A stretch of 64,000 bases of DNA, taken from NCBI GenBank assembly GCA_965263055.1, contig OZ253581.1, positions 553,650 through 617,649 on the forward strand. The letters run 5' to 3'. The first letter of the stretch is position 1. Each line of letters starts with the position of its first letter. The notes below the pieces were generated by a model. It made no database searches. It saw nothing but the letters and a program-made list of their open reading frames with translations, and was not told where the DNA came from. The stretch is from Vicinamibacterales bacterium (GTDB lineage Bacteria; Acidobacteriota; Vicinamibacteria; Vicinamibacterales; UBA8438). The translations under genes and the position numbers were made by a program. Positions 34,320-43,509 of this stretch are shown here, piece after piece.

Positions 34320-34694
34320 ATGCCTCGAGTGAAACGTGGACCCATCAGGCGGAGGAAGCGGAAGAAGCTTCTCGCCCGCGCCAAGGGTTTCTTTCAGACC
34401 AAGAGCAAGCTGTACCGCGCCGCGAAGGAAGCGGTCGACACGTCACTGAACTACGCGTTCATCGGACGCAAGCTTCGGAAGCGCGACTTCCGGCGGCTCT
34501 GGATCACCCGCATCGGCGCCGCGTCGCGGCAGCACGGGCTCAGCTACAGCCAGTTCATGCACGGATTGAAGGCGACCGGCATCGGTCTCGACCGGAAGGC
34601 GCTGGCCGACCTCGCGGTGCGCGAGCCGGACGCCTTCGCGCATCTCGCCGAGCGGGCGCGGGAGGCGCACGCGCCGACCGCCGCCGCGTCGTAG
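34320..34694 (+). CDS. rplT: 50S ribosomal protein L20
   Basis: MPRVKRG...[13 protein letters not shown]...[21 protein letters not shown]. Confidence 0.95.
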   Translation: MPRVKRGPIRRRKRKKLLARAKGFFQTKSKLYRAAKEAVDTSLNYAFIGRKLRKRDFRRLWITRIGAASRQHGLSYSQFMHGLKATGIGLDRKALADLAVREPDAFAHLAERAREAHAPTAAAS

Positions 34695-34723
34695 GGCGTC
34701 CGTCCCGCCGTGACGGGCTCCCG

Positions 34724-35773
34724 ATGGCTGACGTTCTGACCGCCGACGAAATCCGGGCTTCCTTCCACGCCGACCTCGCGCTGACCGAGACGGCCGAACA
34801 CCTCCAGGCGCTGCACGACCGGTACCTGGGCCGGAAGCGGGGCGCCGTTCAGGCGCTCCTCAAGTCGGTCGCCTCCGCCCCGCCGGAGATGCGCCGCGCT
34901 CTGGGGCAGCAGGCGAACCAGCTCCGGAAAGAGATCGAGCACGCACTCGGCGAGCGGCGCGACGCCCTCGCGGCGTTCACCCGTCCTGCCGGCGCGGTCG
35001 ACGTCACCCTGCCGGGGCGCGATGTCCGGATCGGCCACCGGCACCCGCTGACCCTGATCCGAGAGGAGATCGAACGGATCTTCACCGGCCTGGGATTCGA
35101 AATCGTCGATGGCCCCGAAGTGGAGGACGACTACCACAACTTCGAGGCACTCAATATGCCGCCGGAGCACCCGGCGCGCGACATGCAGGACACGCTCTAC
35201 CTCGACGGGCCGCTCCGAACGCAGCACGGCCCGCCCGGCACGCTGCTCCGCACGCACACGTCCGGGATGCAGATCCGTTACATGGAAACGCACACGCCGC
35301 CGGTCCGGATCATCGCGCCGGGCCGCGTCTACCGCCGCGACAACCCCGACCTGACGCACTCGCCGATGTTCCAGCAGGTCGAAGGGCTGCTCGTCGGCGA
35401 GGATGTGACGATGGCGGACCTGAAGGGGACGCTGGAGTGCTTCCTGCGGCAGCTCTTCGACCCCGACACGCGGGTAATGTTCCGCCCCAGCTTCTTCCCC
35501 TACACCGAGCCGAGCGCCGAGGTGTTCATCAGTTGCGTCTTCTGCGGCGGCGACGGCTGCCCGGTCTGCAAGAAGACCGGATGGCTGGAGATCCTCGGGA
35601 GCGGGATGGTGCACCCGGCGGTGCTCGAGGCGGTCGGATACGACCCTGATCGGCTCACCGGCTGGGCCTTCGGCATCGGCATCGACCGGATTGCGATTCT
35701 GAAGTACCGGGTGCGCGACATCCGCGCCTTCTACGACAACGACCTGCGGCTGCTGGAGCAGTTTGCGCTGTGA
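34724..35773 (+). CDS. pheS: Phenylalanine--tRNA ligase alpha subunit
   Basis: Class II motifs (HPARDMQDT, RTHTS, GRVYRRD, FFPYTEPS, GSGMVHP, GWAFGIGIDR). Confidence 0.95.
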   Translation: MADVLTADEIRASFHADLALTETAEHLQALHDRYLGRKRGAVQALLKSVASAPPEMRRALGQQANQLRKEIEHALGERRDALAAFTRPAGAVDVTLPGRDVRIGHRHPLTLIREEIERIFTGLGFEIVDGPEVEDDYHNFEALNMPPEHPARDMQDTLYLDGPLRTQHGPPGTLLRTHTSGMQIRYMETHTPPVRIIAPGRVYRRDNPDLTHSPMFQQVEGLLVGEDVTMADLKGTLECFLRQLFDPDTRVMFRPSFFPYTEPSAEVFISCVFCGGDGCPVCKKTGWLEILGSGMVHPAVLEAVGYDPDRLTGWAFGIGIDRIAILKYRVRDIRAFYDNDLRLLEQFAL

Positions 35774-37938
35774 AGATCCTGGTGTCGTGGCTGCGCGAGT
35801 TCGTGCCGGTCACGGTCTCGATCGAGGAGCTGGCCGACGCGCTCACTCGGCACGGTTTCGAGGTGGGGTCGATCGATCCGGCGCCCGCCGTTCCGGGCCG
35901 GCCGCCCGGCGGACCGGACGCGGTGCTGGACCTCGAGGTGACCACTAACCGTCCCGACTGCCTGAGCGTCGTCGGTATTGCGCGCGAGGTATCGACCATC
36001 TACGGCGAGCCGCTGACGCTGCCGGCCCTGGCGGACGCGAAGGTGGCGGAATGCAGCGGCGCGGCGGGGCGACCGGACGATCCGCTGCCCGTCACGATTG
36101 AGCCGGACGCGCTCGACCTCTGCCCCCGCTACGTAGCGTCGCTCGCGCGGGTCACAATCGGACCCTCCCCCGCCTGGATGGCGGCACGGCTCGAGGCGGC
36201 CGACATCCGTCCGATCAACAACCTGGTCGACATCACCAACTACGTCCTGATCGAGATGGGTCACCCGATGCACGCCTTCGACCTCGCCCGCCTGGACGGC
36301 GGCGAGCTGCGGATCCGCCTCGCGCGGGCCGGTGAAACCGTCACCACGCTGGACGGCGTCGAGCGGAAGCTTCAGGGCGACATGCTGGTGATTGCCGATG
36401 CCACCCGCGCGCAGGCAGTCGCCGGCGTGATGGGAGGCGCCCACTCGGAGGTTGCCGGCGGCACGCGGCGGGTGGCGTTCGAGAGCGCCTGGTTCGATCC
36501 GATCTCGGTGCGCCGGACCGGCCGGCGCCTGACGTTGTCGACCGAGGCGTCGTACCGGTTCGAGCGAGGCGCCGACATCACCGCGCCGGTCCGCGCGATG
36601 CGGCGCGCGCAGCAGTTGCTGGTCGAACTGGGCGCCGGCACGCCGGAGGGGCCGATCGTCGACCGCTACCCCGCTCCGCGCGGGCGGCCGACGGTTACGC
36701 TGCGCCACGCCCGCATCGGCCGCGTCCTGGGCGTAGACGTGGAGCCGGCGTTCGTCCCTGCGGCCCTCGGGCGGCTCGGCTTCGGCGTCGAGGAGGTGCC
36801 GGTCGGCGCTCAGACGCCCGTCGGCGATCAGACTATGGCCGGCGACGGCGGCCACACCTGGCGCGTCACCGTCCCGGGTCACCGGGTCGACGTCAGCCGC
36901 GAGATCGACCTGATCGAGGAAGTGGCGCGGCACTATGGCTACGAGCGGCTGCCCTCGACCTTCCCGGCGATGACCCACCCGCCGGCACCCGAGAGCGACG
37001 CGCTGATGCAGCAGCGGCTCGCGCGACGCGTCCTGACCGCGAGCGGCTGCTCCGAGGCGGTCACCTACGGCTTCATCGAGGAGTCCGCGGCCCGGCCGTT
37101 CGTCGACCGCGTCGAGGAGATCGTCCGCATCGCCAACCCCCTCTCGGAGCTTTTCGCGGTCCTGAGGCCGTCGCTCCTGCCGGGGCTGATCGGCGCACTG
37201 GTCTACAACCGTCACCGCGAGCACCGCGACATCCGGCTGTTCGAGATCGGCCACCGGTTCACCGCAGGCGGCGGTGAGATGCGCAGTGTCGCCGTGGCAC
37301 TGACCGGCGCCGCCACCGCCGCTCACTGGAGCAGCGACGAGCGACCGTCCGATTTCTTTGATCTGACCGGAATTGTCCACCGCCTGTGCGACGCGTTCGG
37401 CGTGGCGGCAAGTTTCGAACCGCTGAAGCAGTCGACGCTCGTGCCGGGACGGGCTGCCACCGTCCTTGCGCCGGCGCCGGACGAGACCGCGGCACCGCGC
37501 CCGCTCGGCACGGTGGGGCAACTGGCGTTCGACATCGCCGAGGCACGCGGAATCCATCGCGCCGGCGCCGAAGCGGTCTGGGTGGCGGAACTCGATCTCG
37601 ATGCGCTCGCCTCGGCCGGCGCCGACCGGCGCCGGATGATCGCCACTCTGCTCCCCCGCTACCCGTCTAGCGTGCGCGACCTGGCCGTCGTCATCGATGC
37701 CGCCTTGCCCGCCGCCTCGGTTCGTGGCACCATCCGTTCGGCCGCGCCGGAGACCCTGCTGGATGTCCACGAGTTCGATCGGTACGAGGGCCGGGGCATA
37801 CCGAAAGGGCGTGTCAGTCTGGCGTTCCGGCTGACTTTCCGGGCAACGGATCGCACATTGACCGACGCGGAAGTGCAGCAGGCGATGGATTCGATCGTCA
37901 GCGCCCTCCAGACGGCGCACGAGGCGACGTTGCGATGA
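35770..37938 (+). CDS. pheT: Phenylalanine--tRNA ligase beta subunit (short form lacking the N-terminal OB-fold tRNA-binding domain)
   Basis: MKILVSWLREFV... B1 domain, then a direct jump to LDLEVTTNRPDCLS. B3/4, B5 and the FDX-ACB C-terminal domain are present. 4-nt overlap with pheS. Confidence 0.9.
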   Translation: MKILVSWLREFVPVTVSIEELADALTRHGFEVGSIDPAPAVPGRPPGGPDAVLDLEVTTNRPDCLSVVGIAREVSTIYGEPLTLPALADAKVAECSGAAGRPDDPLPVTIEPDALDLCPRYVASLARVTIGPSPAWMAARLEAADIRPINNLVDITNYVLIEMGHPMHAFDLARLDGGELRIRLARAGETVTTLDGVERKLQGDMLVIADATRAQAVAGVMGGAHSEVAGGTRRVAFESAWFDPISVRRTGRRLTLSTEASYRFERGADITAPVRAMRRAQQLLVELGAGTPEGPIVDRYPAPRGRPTVTLRHARIGRVLGVDVEPAFVPAALGRLGFGVEEVPVGAQTPVGDQTMAGDGGHTWRVTVPGHRVDVSREIDLIEEVARHYGYERLPSTFPAMTHPPAPESDALMQQRLARRVLTASGCSEAVTYGFIEESAARPFVDRVEEIVRIANPLSELFAVLRPSLLPGLIGALVYNRHREHRDIRLFEIGHRFTAGGGEMRSVAVALTGAATAAHWSSDERPSDFFDLTGIVHRLCDAFGVAASFEPLKQSTLVPGRAATVLAPAPDETAAPRPLGTVGQLAFDIAEARGIHRAGAEAVWVAELDLDALASAGADRRRMIATLLPRYPSSVRDLAVVIDAALPAASVRGTIRSAAPETLLDVHEFDRYEGRGIPKGRVSLAFRLTFRATDRTLTDAEVQQAMDSIVSALQTAHEATLR

Positions 37939-38019
37939 CCCGTGAACCCGGCGCGGCGCCCTGCGAGACCGGCGACGCGCCCGTATTTCCGCTATCACCA
38001 GCAAGGAGCACGACCTGCC

Positions 38020-38340
38020 ATGAACCCGACCGTCCCTGCCACCCTTGACACCACCCTCGACCTTGCCGCGGCTCGGGCCCGCACGGTTGAGACCGCCAGT
38101 CTCACCGCCATCCAGCAGCTTGCCGACAAGGTTTCGGCACTCGTCGAACTGCTCGACGCAACGCGCCGCGAGCTGGCCGATGCAAAGCAGGAGAACGCGC
38201 AATTGAAGCAGAACCTGGACGATCAGGGCGTGGTCGCCCAGCAGGATCGCCAGGAGTTGGAGGCGCTCCGCACGGAGCGCGCGCAGTTGCAGACGAGGGT
38301 TGCGGCCATTCTGGATCAGCTCGAGGCCGTCGAGCTCTAG
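38020..38340 (+). CDS. Coiled-coil protein, ZapB-like (putative cell-division factor)
   Basis: AAGGAG RBS. Heptad-rich ...LADKVSALVELLDATRRELADAKQENAQLKQNLDD...LRTERAQLQTRV. It lies immediately upstream of zapA. Confidence 0.5.
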   Translation: MNPTVPATLDTTLDLAAARARTVETASLTAIQQLADKVSALVELLDATRRELADAKQENAQLKQNLDDQGVVAQQDRQELEALRTERAQLQTRVAAILDQLEAVEL

Positions 38341-38347
38341 AGTCCAC

Positions 38348-38683
38348 GTGGACGATCCGACACCGGAAAGCGAGACGGTGACGGTCCGGATCCTGGACCA
38401 GTCCTATCCCGTCCGAAGCACTCTCGACCGGGCGGAGCTGCATCGCCTCGCCGACTATGTCCAGAAGAAGATGCGGACGATCTCGACCCAAACGCCGCAC
38501 GGGGACCTGGTGCGGGTTGCCGTGCTCGCCGCCCTCAACATCGCGGATGACTACTTCCGTTGCCGGGAGCACCGGATCGACAGGGACCGGGCGATCCGCG
38601 AGCGGACGGCGGCGATCGAGGCAGCTGTCGACCGCGCGATCGGCGGCGGTTCCCCGCCGGCGGAAGATGTCGCTGATCCGTAG
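38348..38683 (+). CDS. zapA: Cell division protein ZapA
   Basis: VTVRILDQSYPVRS...LADYVQKKMRTI...LVRVAVLAALNIADDYF matches the ZapA core. GTG start at 38348, just after the upstream stop. Confidence 0.7.
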   Translation: MDDPTPESETVTVRILDQSYPVRSTLDRAELHRLADYVQKKMRTISTQTPHGDLVRVAVLAALNIADDYFRCREHRIDRDRAIRERTAAIEAAVDRAIGGGSPPAEDVADP

Positions 38684-38780
38684 GCGGGCGCTTGCGTGCG
38701 GTGCCCGCGCGGGCTAACATTTCCTTAGCAACAGCGGTAATGCGTGTCGGATGCGGCGCCGGTCGCGGGGCGGCGGCGCG

Positions 38781-38996
38781 AATCCTGAGATTAGAGTTCC
38801 CTGCAGTACGCGTGATGGTTGGAGGCTCGTTTGAGCCATTGTTAAATCGAAGCGAATCGCGACGCGTCGCCGTGTGCATGCCTCGGCGCGAGGAAGCCTG
38901 AGAGGCGGCGTTTGATGACAGCGGTTCCACCTGCGGACGCAGGTTCATACGACCTCCCCACACGGTAATCGCGGGGCTTTTCGTTCGACCCAGGTT
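38781..38996 (+). ncRNA. ssrS: 6S RNA candidate (ends approximate)
   Basis: 5' AAUCCUGAGAUUAGAGUUCCCUGCAG... pairs with 3' ...CGCGGGGCUUUUCGUUCGACCCAGGUU to form a long interrupted helix. Internal segments resemble E. coli 6S as I recall it: UGAGCCAU, GCAUGCCUCGGCGCGAGGAAGCCUGAG versus GCAUGCUCGGUCCGUCCGAGAAGCCUUAA, and the hairpin ACCUGCGGACGCAGGUUCA versus ACCUUGAACCAAGGGUUCA. It lies downstream of zapA, as in E. coli. Confidence 0.6.
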
Positions 38997-39029
38997 CCGG
39001 CATGCGCGCCGCGTTGCAAGGAGGCGCGC

Positions 39030-40625
39030 GTGTTGGAACTTGGTCCGATTCTTGCGGGGGCCGTTACAGCTGGGGCTGTCGGTCTGTCCATCCTCTTCTT
39101 CTGGATCTCCACGCGCCGCCGCGTCGCCGCCGAGACCGTCGATCGCGCCAGGGCGGACGCCGAACGCCTCCTCGCCAACGCCGAACGCGAGGCGGAGGCC
39201 AAGCACAAGGAAGCACTTCTCAGCGCCAAGGAACAGGCGCACGAACTGCGTCGGGAGGCCGAGGCGCAGGCTCAGGCGCGCGGCGCGGAGGTTGCCGCGC
39301 TCGAGCGTGACCTGGACGGAAAGCGCCAGGCGGTCGACGACCGCGAGGTGGAGCTCACCCGCGCGACGCGGCGGATCGAGGAGCGCGAATCGGCAAGCGC
39401 GGCGCGAGATCAGGCGCTTGCGCGGCGCGAGGCGGCGGCCGAAGCGGAAGAGGCCCGCCGCCAGGAGCTGGTCGCCGAGGCGCAGCGCGCGCTGCAGCAG
39501 GTTTCCGGCATGACCGCCGCCGAGGCGAAGACGTTGCTGATGCAGCAGCTCGAGGCCGACGCCCGGCACGACGCCGCGCACCTCGTGAAGCGGCTGGAGC
39601 ACGAGGCGCGCGAGACCGCCGAGGCGAAAGCGAAACAGATCATCACGCAGGCCATTCAGCGGAGCGCTCCGGACCATGCCGTCGAGACAACCGTATCCGT
39701 GGTGGACCTGCCGAGCGACGACATGAAGGGACGGATCATCGGACGCGAGGGGCGCAACATCCGCGCGCTCGAAACCGCGACGGGTGTCGAGCTGATCGTC
39801 GACGACACGCCGGGCGCGATCATCCTTTCCTGTTTCGACCCGTACCGCCGCGAGATCGCCCGGCGCGTCATCGAGCAACTGGTCGTCGACGGCCGTATCC
39901 ACCCGGCCCGGGTGGAAGAGGTGGTCGAGAGGGTGCGTACCGAGATGGACGCAGCGACGCTGAAGGAGGGTGAAGCGGCGGCGTTCGAGCTCGGCCTGCA
40001 TGACCTCCATTCGGAGCTGAGCCGGATGATGGGCCGGCTGAAGTACCGCACCAGTTACGGCCAGAACGTCCTTGCCCACTCGAAGGAAGTGGCTTACGTC
40101 GCCGGCGTGATGGCGCGCGAAGTGGGGCTCGATGCGAGAACCACCATCCGTGCCGCGTTCCTGCACGACATCGGCAAGGCGATGGACCGCGAGCTGGAGG
40201 GGACCCACCTGGAACTCGGCATCGACTTCCTCCGGAAGCATGGCGAGAGCGAAGCGGTGATCGACGCCATGGCGGCCCACCACATGGACATCGACTGGCC
40301 GTCGCTCGAATCGATGATCGTCCAGGCGGCCGACGCGGTCTCCGCCGCCCGTCCCGGCGCGCGCCGCGACATCCTGGAGTCGTACATCAAGCGGATCGAG
40401 AAGCTGGAGGACATCGCCGAGTCGTTCCAGGGTGTCGGGAAAGCGTTCGCGCTACAGGCGGGGCGGGAAATCCGCATCATGGTGCAGAGCGAGAAGGTCT
40501 CCGACGAGGACGCCGTCTGGCTGTCGCGCGACATTGCCAAGCGGATCGAGAACGAGCTGCAGTATCCCGGCCAGATCAAGGTGACGGTGATTCGCGAAAC
40601 ACGCTCCGTCGAGTACGCGAAGTAG
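39030..40625 (+). CDS. rny: Ribonuclease Y
   Basis: N-terminal TM helix, long coiled coil, KH domain (GRIIGREGRNIRALE) and HD domain (HSKEVA...FLHDIGKA). AAGGAGG RBS with a GTG start. Confidence 0.9.
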   Translation: MLELGPILAGAVTAGAVGLSILFFWISTRRRVAAETVDRARADAERLLANAEREAEAKHKEALLSAKEQAHELRREAEAQAQARGAEVAALERDLDGKRQAVDDREVELTRATRRIEERESASAARDQALARREAAAEAEEARRQELVAEAQRALQQVSGMTAAEAKTLLMQQLEADARHDAAHLVKRLEHEARETAEAKAKQIITQAIQRSAPDHAVETTVSVVDLPSDDMKGRIIGREGRNIRALETATGVELIVDDTPGAIILSCFDPYRREIARRVIEQLVVDGRIHPARVEEVVERVRTEMDAATLKEGEAAAFELGLHDLHSELSRMMGRLKYRTSYGQNVLAHSKEVAYVAGVMAREVGLDARTTIRAAFLHDIGKAMDRELEGTHLELGIDFLRKHGESEAVIDAMAAHHMDIDWPSLESMIVQAADAVSAARPGARRDILESYIKRIEKLEDIAESFQGVGKAFALQAGREIRIMVQSEKVSDEDAVWLSRDIAKRIENELQYPGQIKVTVIRETRSVEYAK

Positions 40626-40638
40626 GCGGCGCGCCAGC

Positions 40639-41661
40639 GTGAAGGCAGACACCGTCGCCGACCGGGGCGAGCACGCCGTCATCGAGGGGATCCGCGCACG
40701 CCTGGGGCCGCCACCGGCAGGCATCGTGGTCGGCATCGGCGACGACGCCGCCGTCATCGAGCCCGACCGGGGCGCGCTGACGGTCGTCACCACCGACACC
40801 CTCGTTGAGGGAATCCACTTCGACCTCGCCCTCGGCTCGCCCGCCGACGCCGGCCACAAGGCGCTGGCCGCCAACCTGAGCGATCTCGCCGCGATGGGCG
40901 CAGCGCCGCGCGCCGTGCTGCTGGCGCTGTCGCTCCCGGGAAATTGCCCGATCGCCGACATCGACGCCCTCGTGGACGGCCTCCTCGCGCTCGCCGCCCA
41001 CCACCGGGCCGCGCTCGTCGGCGGCGACGTCACCGCGTCGCCCGGCCCGATCGTCGTTGGCATTACCGCCTTCGGGAGCGCCAAGCGGCGGCGCCTGCTG
41101 ACGCGCGACGCGGCCCACCCGGGTGACGTCGTCTGGGTCAGCGGAACCATCGGAACCGCCGCCGCCGGGCTCGACGCGCTTCGGGCCGGCGGCGCCGCCG
41201 CCGCCGGTCTCCCCGCCTGCGTCGAACGGTGCCGGCGTCCGGACCCGCGCGTCGCCCTCGGTGTCGCGCTCGGCCGGAACCGGGCCGCGCACGCCTGCGT
41301 CGACCTGAGCGACGGCCTTGCCGACGGCGTGCGGCAGATCGCCGCCGCAAGCGGCGTTGGCATCCGGGTCGACGCCGAGTCGCTGCCAATCCACCCCGAG
41401 GCCCGCGCCTGGTTCGAGGCGGCGGGAGACGATCCCGTGCTGGCCGCCTTGGCCGGCGGCGACGACTACGAGCTCGCCTTCACGACGCCACCTCGCCGGA
41501 CCGGACGGCTCCGGCATGTCCGGCGCCAGATTGGCGACCTCCCGCTGACGCCGATCGGCGTAGTGACGAAGGAATCAGACGTGCGGCTCGCCCGCGGCGG
41601 ACAGGAGGAGCCGCTCCCCGAGGGCTTCGTCCACTTCGGGGCGGTTCCGGCCACCCCGTAA
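40639..41661 (+). CDS. thiL: Thiamine-monophosphate kinase
   Basis: GEHAVIEGI...GIGDDAAV...TTDTLVEGIHF and the AIR-synthase-like fold motifs GGDV and DLSDGL. Confidence 0.85.
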   Translation: MKADTVADRGEHAVIEGIRARLGPPPAGIVVGIGDDAAVIEPDRGALTVVTTDTLVEGIHFDLALGSPADAGHKALAANLSDLAAMGAAPRAVLLALSLPGNCPIADIDALVDGLLALAAHHRAALVGGDVTASPGPIVVGITAFGSAKRRRLLTRDAAHPGDVVWVSGTIGTAAAGLDALRAGGAAAAGLPACVERCRRPDPRVALGVALGRNRAAHACVDLSDGLADGVRQIAAASGVGIRVDAESLPIHPEARAWFEAAGDDPVLAALAGGDDYELAFTTPPRRTGRLRHVRRQIGDLPLTPIGVVTKESDVRLARGGQEEPLPEGFVHFGAVPATP

Positions 41662-41664
41662 GGC

Positions 41665-43509
41665 TCAGACGGTCGCCCGCGGCGCCGCGGGCGCCAGCAC
41701 CGCCTCGGCGCCGCTCCCGTCCGGTTCCTGATCCTGGTACTGCAACTGGTAGAGGGTGTGGTACAGGCCGCGCTGCCCGAGCAGCTCCTGGTGGGTCCCC
41801 GCCTCGCGCAGCTCCCCCTTGTGGAACAGCAGGATCCGGTCCATGTCCTGCACCGTCGACAGCCGGTGCGCGATGGCGATCGTGGTCCGTCCCGCCATCA
41901 GGACGCCGAGAGCATCCTGGATCAGCCGTTCGGTGTCGGTGTCGACGCTGGAGGTCGCTTCGTCGAGCAGCAGGACTTCGGGCGCAAACGCGAGGGCCCG
42001 GGCAAACGAGAGCAGTTGCCGCTGGCCTGTCGAGAGCGTCGCCCCCCGCTCGGCCACCTCGCTGTCGAGGCCGTCGGGCAAGCGATCGATGAACCGGTCG
42101 GCATGCACGCTCGCCGCCGCCGCGCGCACCTCCGCGTCGCCGATCTCGTCGTGGCCGAGCCGGATGTTCTCGCGGACGCTGCCGGAAAAGAGATGGACGT
42201 CCTGCAGCACCAGCCCGAAGCGCCGCCGCAGGTCGGGCAGCGGCAGATCCCGGATGTCGACCCCGTCAATCGTGATCCGGCCGCGGTTGACGTCGTAGAA
42301 GCGAATCAGCAGGTTAATCAGCGTCGTCTTGCCCGCCCCGGTGGCACCGACTACACCCACCCGCGCGCCCGGAGGGACGTCGAAGGTCACGTCGCGGAGC
42401 ACGTAGTCGTCGTCGCGGTAGGCGAACCAGACCCCTTCGAAGCGGATATGCCCCCCGGCCGGCGCCGCTTCGAGCGCAGCCTCGGGCGCTGCCGCAGGCG
42501 CCCCCTCGGGCGACTTCAGGCCGACCGGCGTGTCGAGCAGGCCGAAGATCCGTTCCGACGAGGCCATCGCCGACTGCATCACGTTGAACTTCTCCGACAG
42601 GTCGCTAATCGGCCGGAAGAACTGCTGCGCGTAGCCGATGAACGCGATGAGCGACCCGAGCGTGACCGTCTCCTGCAGCGCGCGGCCGCCGCCGTACCAG
42701 AGGATCAGGCCGGTCGCCACGGCGCCCAGAAGCTCGATGGCGGGATAAAAGGTGGCGTAGTAGAAGATCGAATCGATATTGGCGTCGCGGTGCGACTGGT
42801 TGATCCGCCGGAACTGCGCGAAGTTGCGACGCTCGCGGCGGAATACCTGCACGGTCGCCATCCCGGTGATGTTCTCCTGCAGGAAGGCGTTGATCCGGGC
42901 GATCCAGGTCCGCACTTCCCGATACGACCCGCGCGCGTTGACCCGGAACCACTGGGTGACGGCGGCGATGACCGGCAGCACCGCGAAGGTGACCAGGGCG
43001 AGTCGCCAGTCGAGCACCAGCAGCAGCACCATGATGCCGGCCAGCATCACGATGTCGCGGACCACCGCCACCACGCCCGCGGCGAACAGGTCGTTCAGCG
43101 CGTCGACGTCGGTCGTCACCCGTGTCATCAGCCGGCCGACCGGGTTGCGGTCGTAGAACGCGACGTCGAGCCGCTGCAGATGGCGGTAGATCTCCATCCG
43201 GAGGTCGTACATGATCCGCTGCCCCATCATCTGCAGCGTCAGGGTCTCGACGTAGCCGAGGACGAAACCGCCGAGCAGGACGCCCAGGAAGATCAGGACG
43301 ATCTCTCCCAGGCCGTCCAGGTTCCCGGTAGCGATGTGGTTGTCGATGGCCAGCTTGGTGAGCCAGGGCGGCGCAAGCTGCAGCACCGATCCGGCCACAA
43401 TGGTGACGAGGGCCAGCATGACTGACCGCCGGTGCGGCCAGAGGTAGCCGAGCAGCCGGCGCATCAGGCGTGCGTCGTACGCCTTGCCGAGCACTTCCGG
43501 TTCGTGCAC
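41665..43509 (-). CDS. ABC exporter, fused permease/ATPase (MsbA-like type I exporter half-transporter)
   Basis: Six TM helices, Walker A GATGAGKTT, signature LSTGQRQL, Walker B LLLDEATS. The GTG start overlaps the stop of the upstream paralogue. Confidence 0.85.
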   Translation of the reverse strand: MHEPEVLGKAYDARLMRRLLGYLWPHRRSVMLALVTIVAGSVLQLAPPWLTKLAIDNHIATGNLDGLGEIVLIFLGVLLGGFVLGYVETLTLQMMGQRIMYDLRMEIYRHLQRLDVAFYDRNPVGRLMTRVTTDVDALNDLFAAGVVAVVRDIVMLAGIMVLLLVLDWRLALVTFAVLPVIAAVTQWFRVNARGSYREVRTWIARINAFLQENITGMATVQVFRRERRNFAQFRRINQSHRDANIDSIFYYATFYPAIELLGAVATGLILWYGGGRALQETVTLGSLIAFIGYAQQFFRPISDLSEKFNVMQSAMASSERIFGLLDTPVGLKSPEGAPAAAPEAALEAAPAGGHIRFEGVWFAYRDDDYVLRDVTFDVPPGARVGVVGATGAGKTTLINLLIRFYDVNRGRITIDGVDIRDLPLPDLRRRFGLVLQDVHLFSGSVRENIRLGHDEIGDAEVRAAAASVHADRFIDRLPDGLDSEVAERGATLSTGQRQLLSFARALAFAPEVLLLDEATSSVDTDTERLIQDALGVLMAGRTTIAIAHRLSTVQDMDRILLFHKGELREAGTHQELLGQRGLYHTLYQLQYQDQEPDGSGAEAVLAPAAPRATV

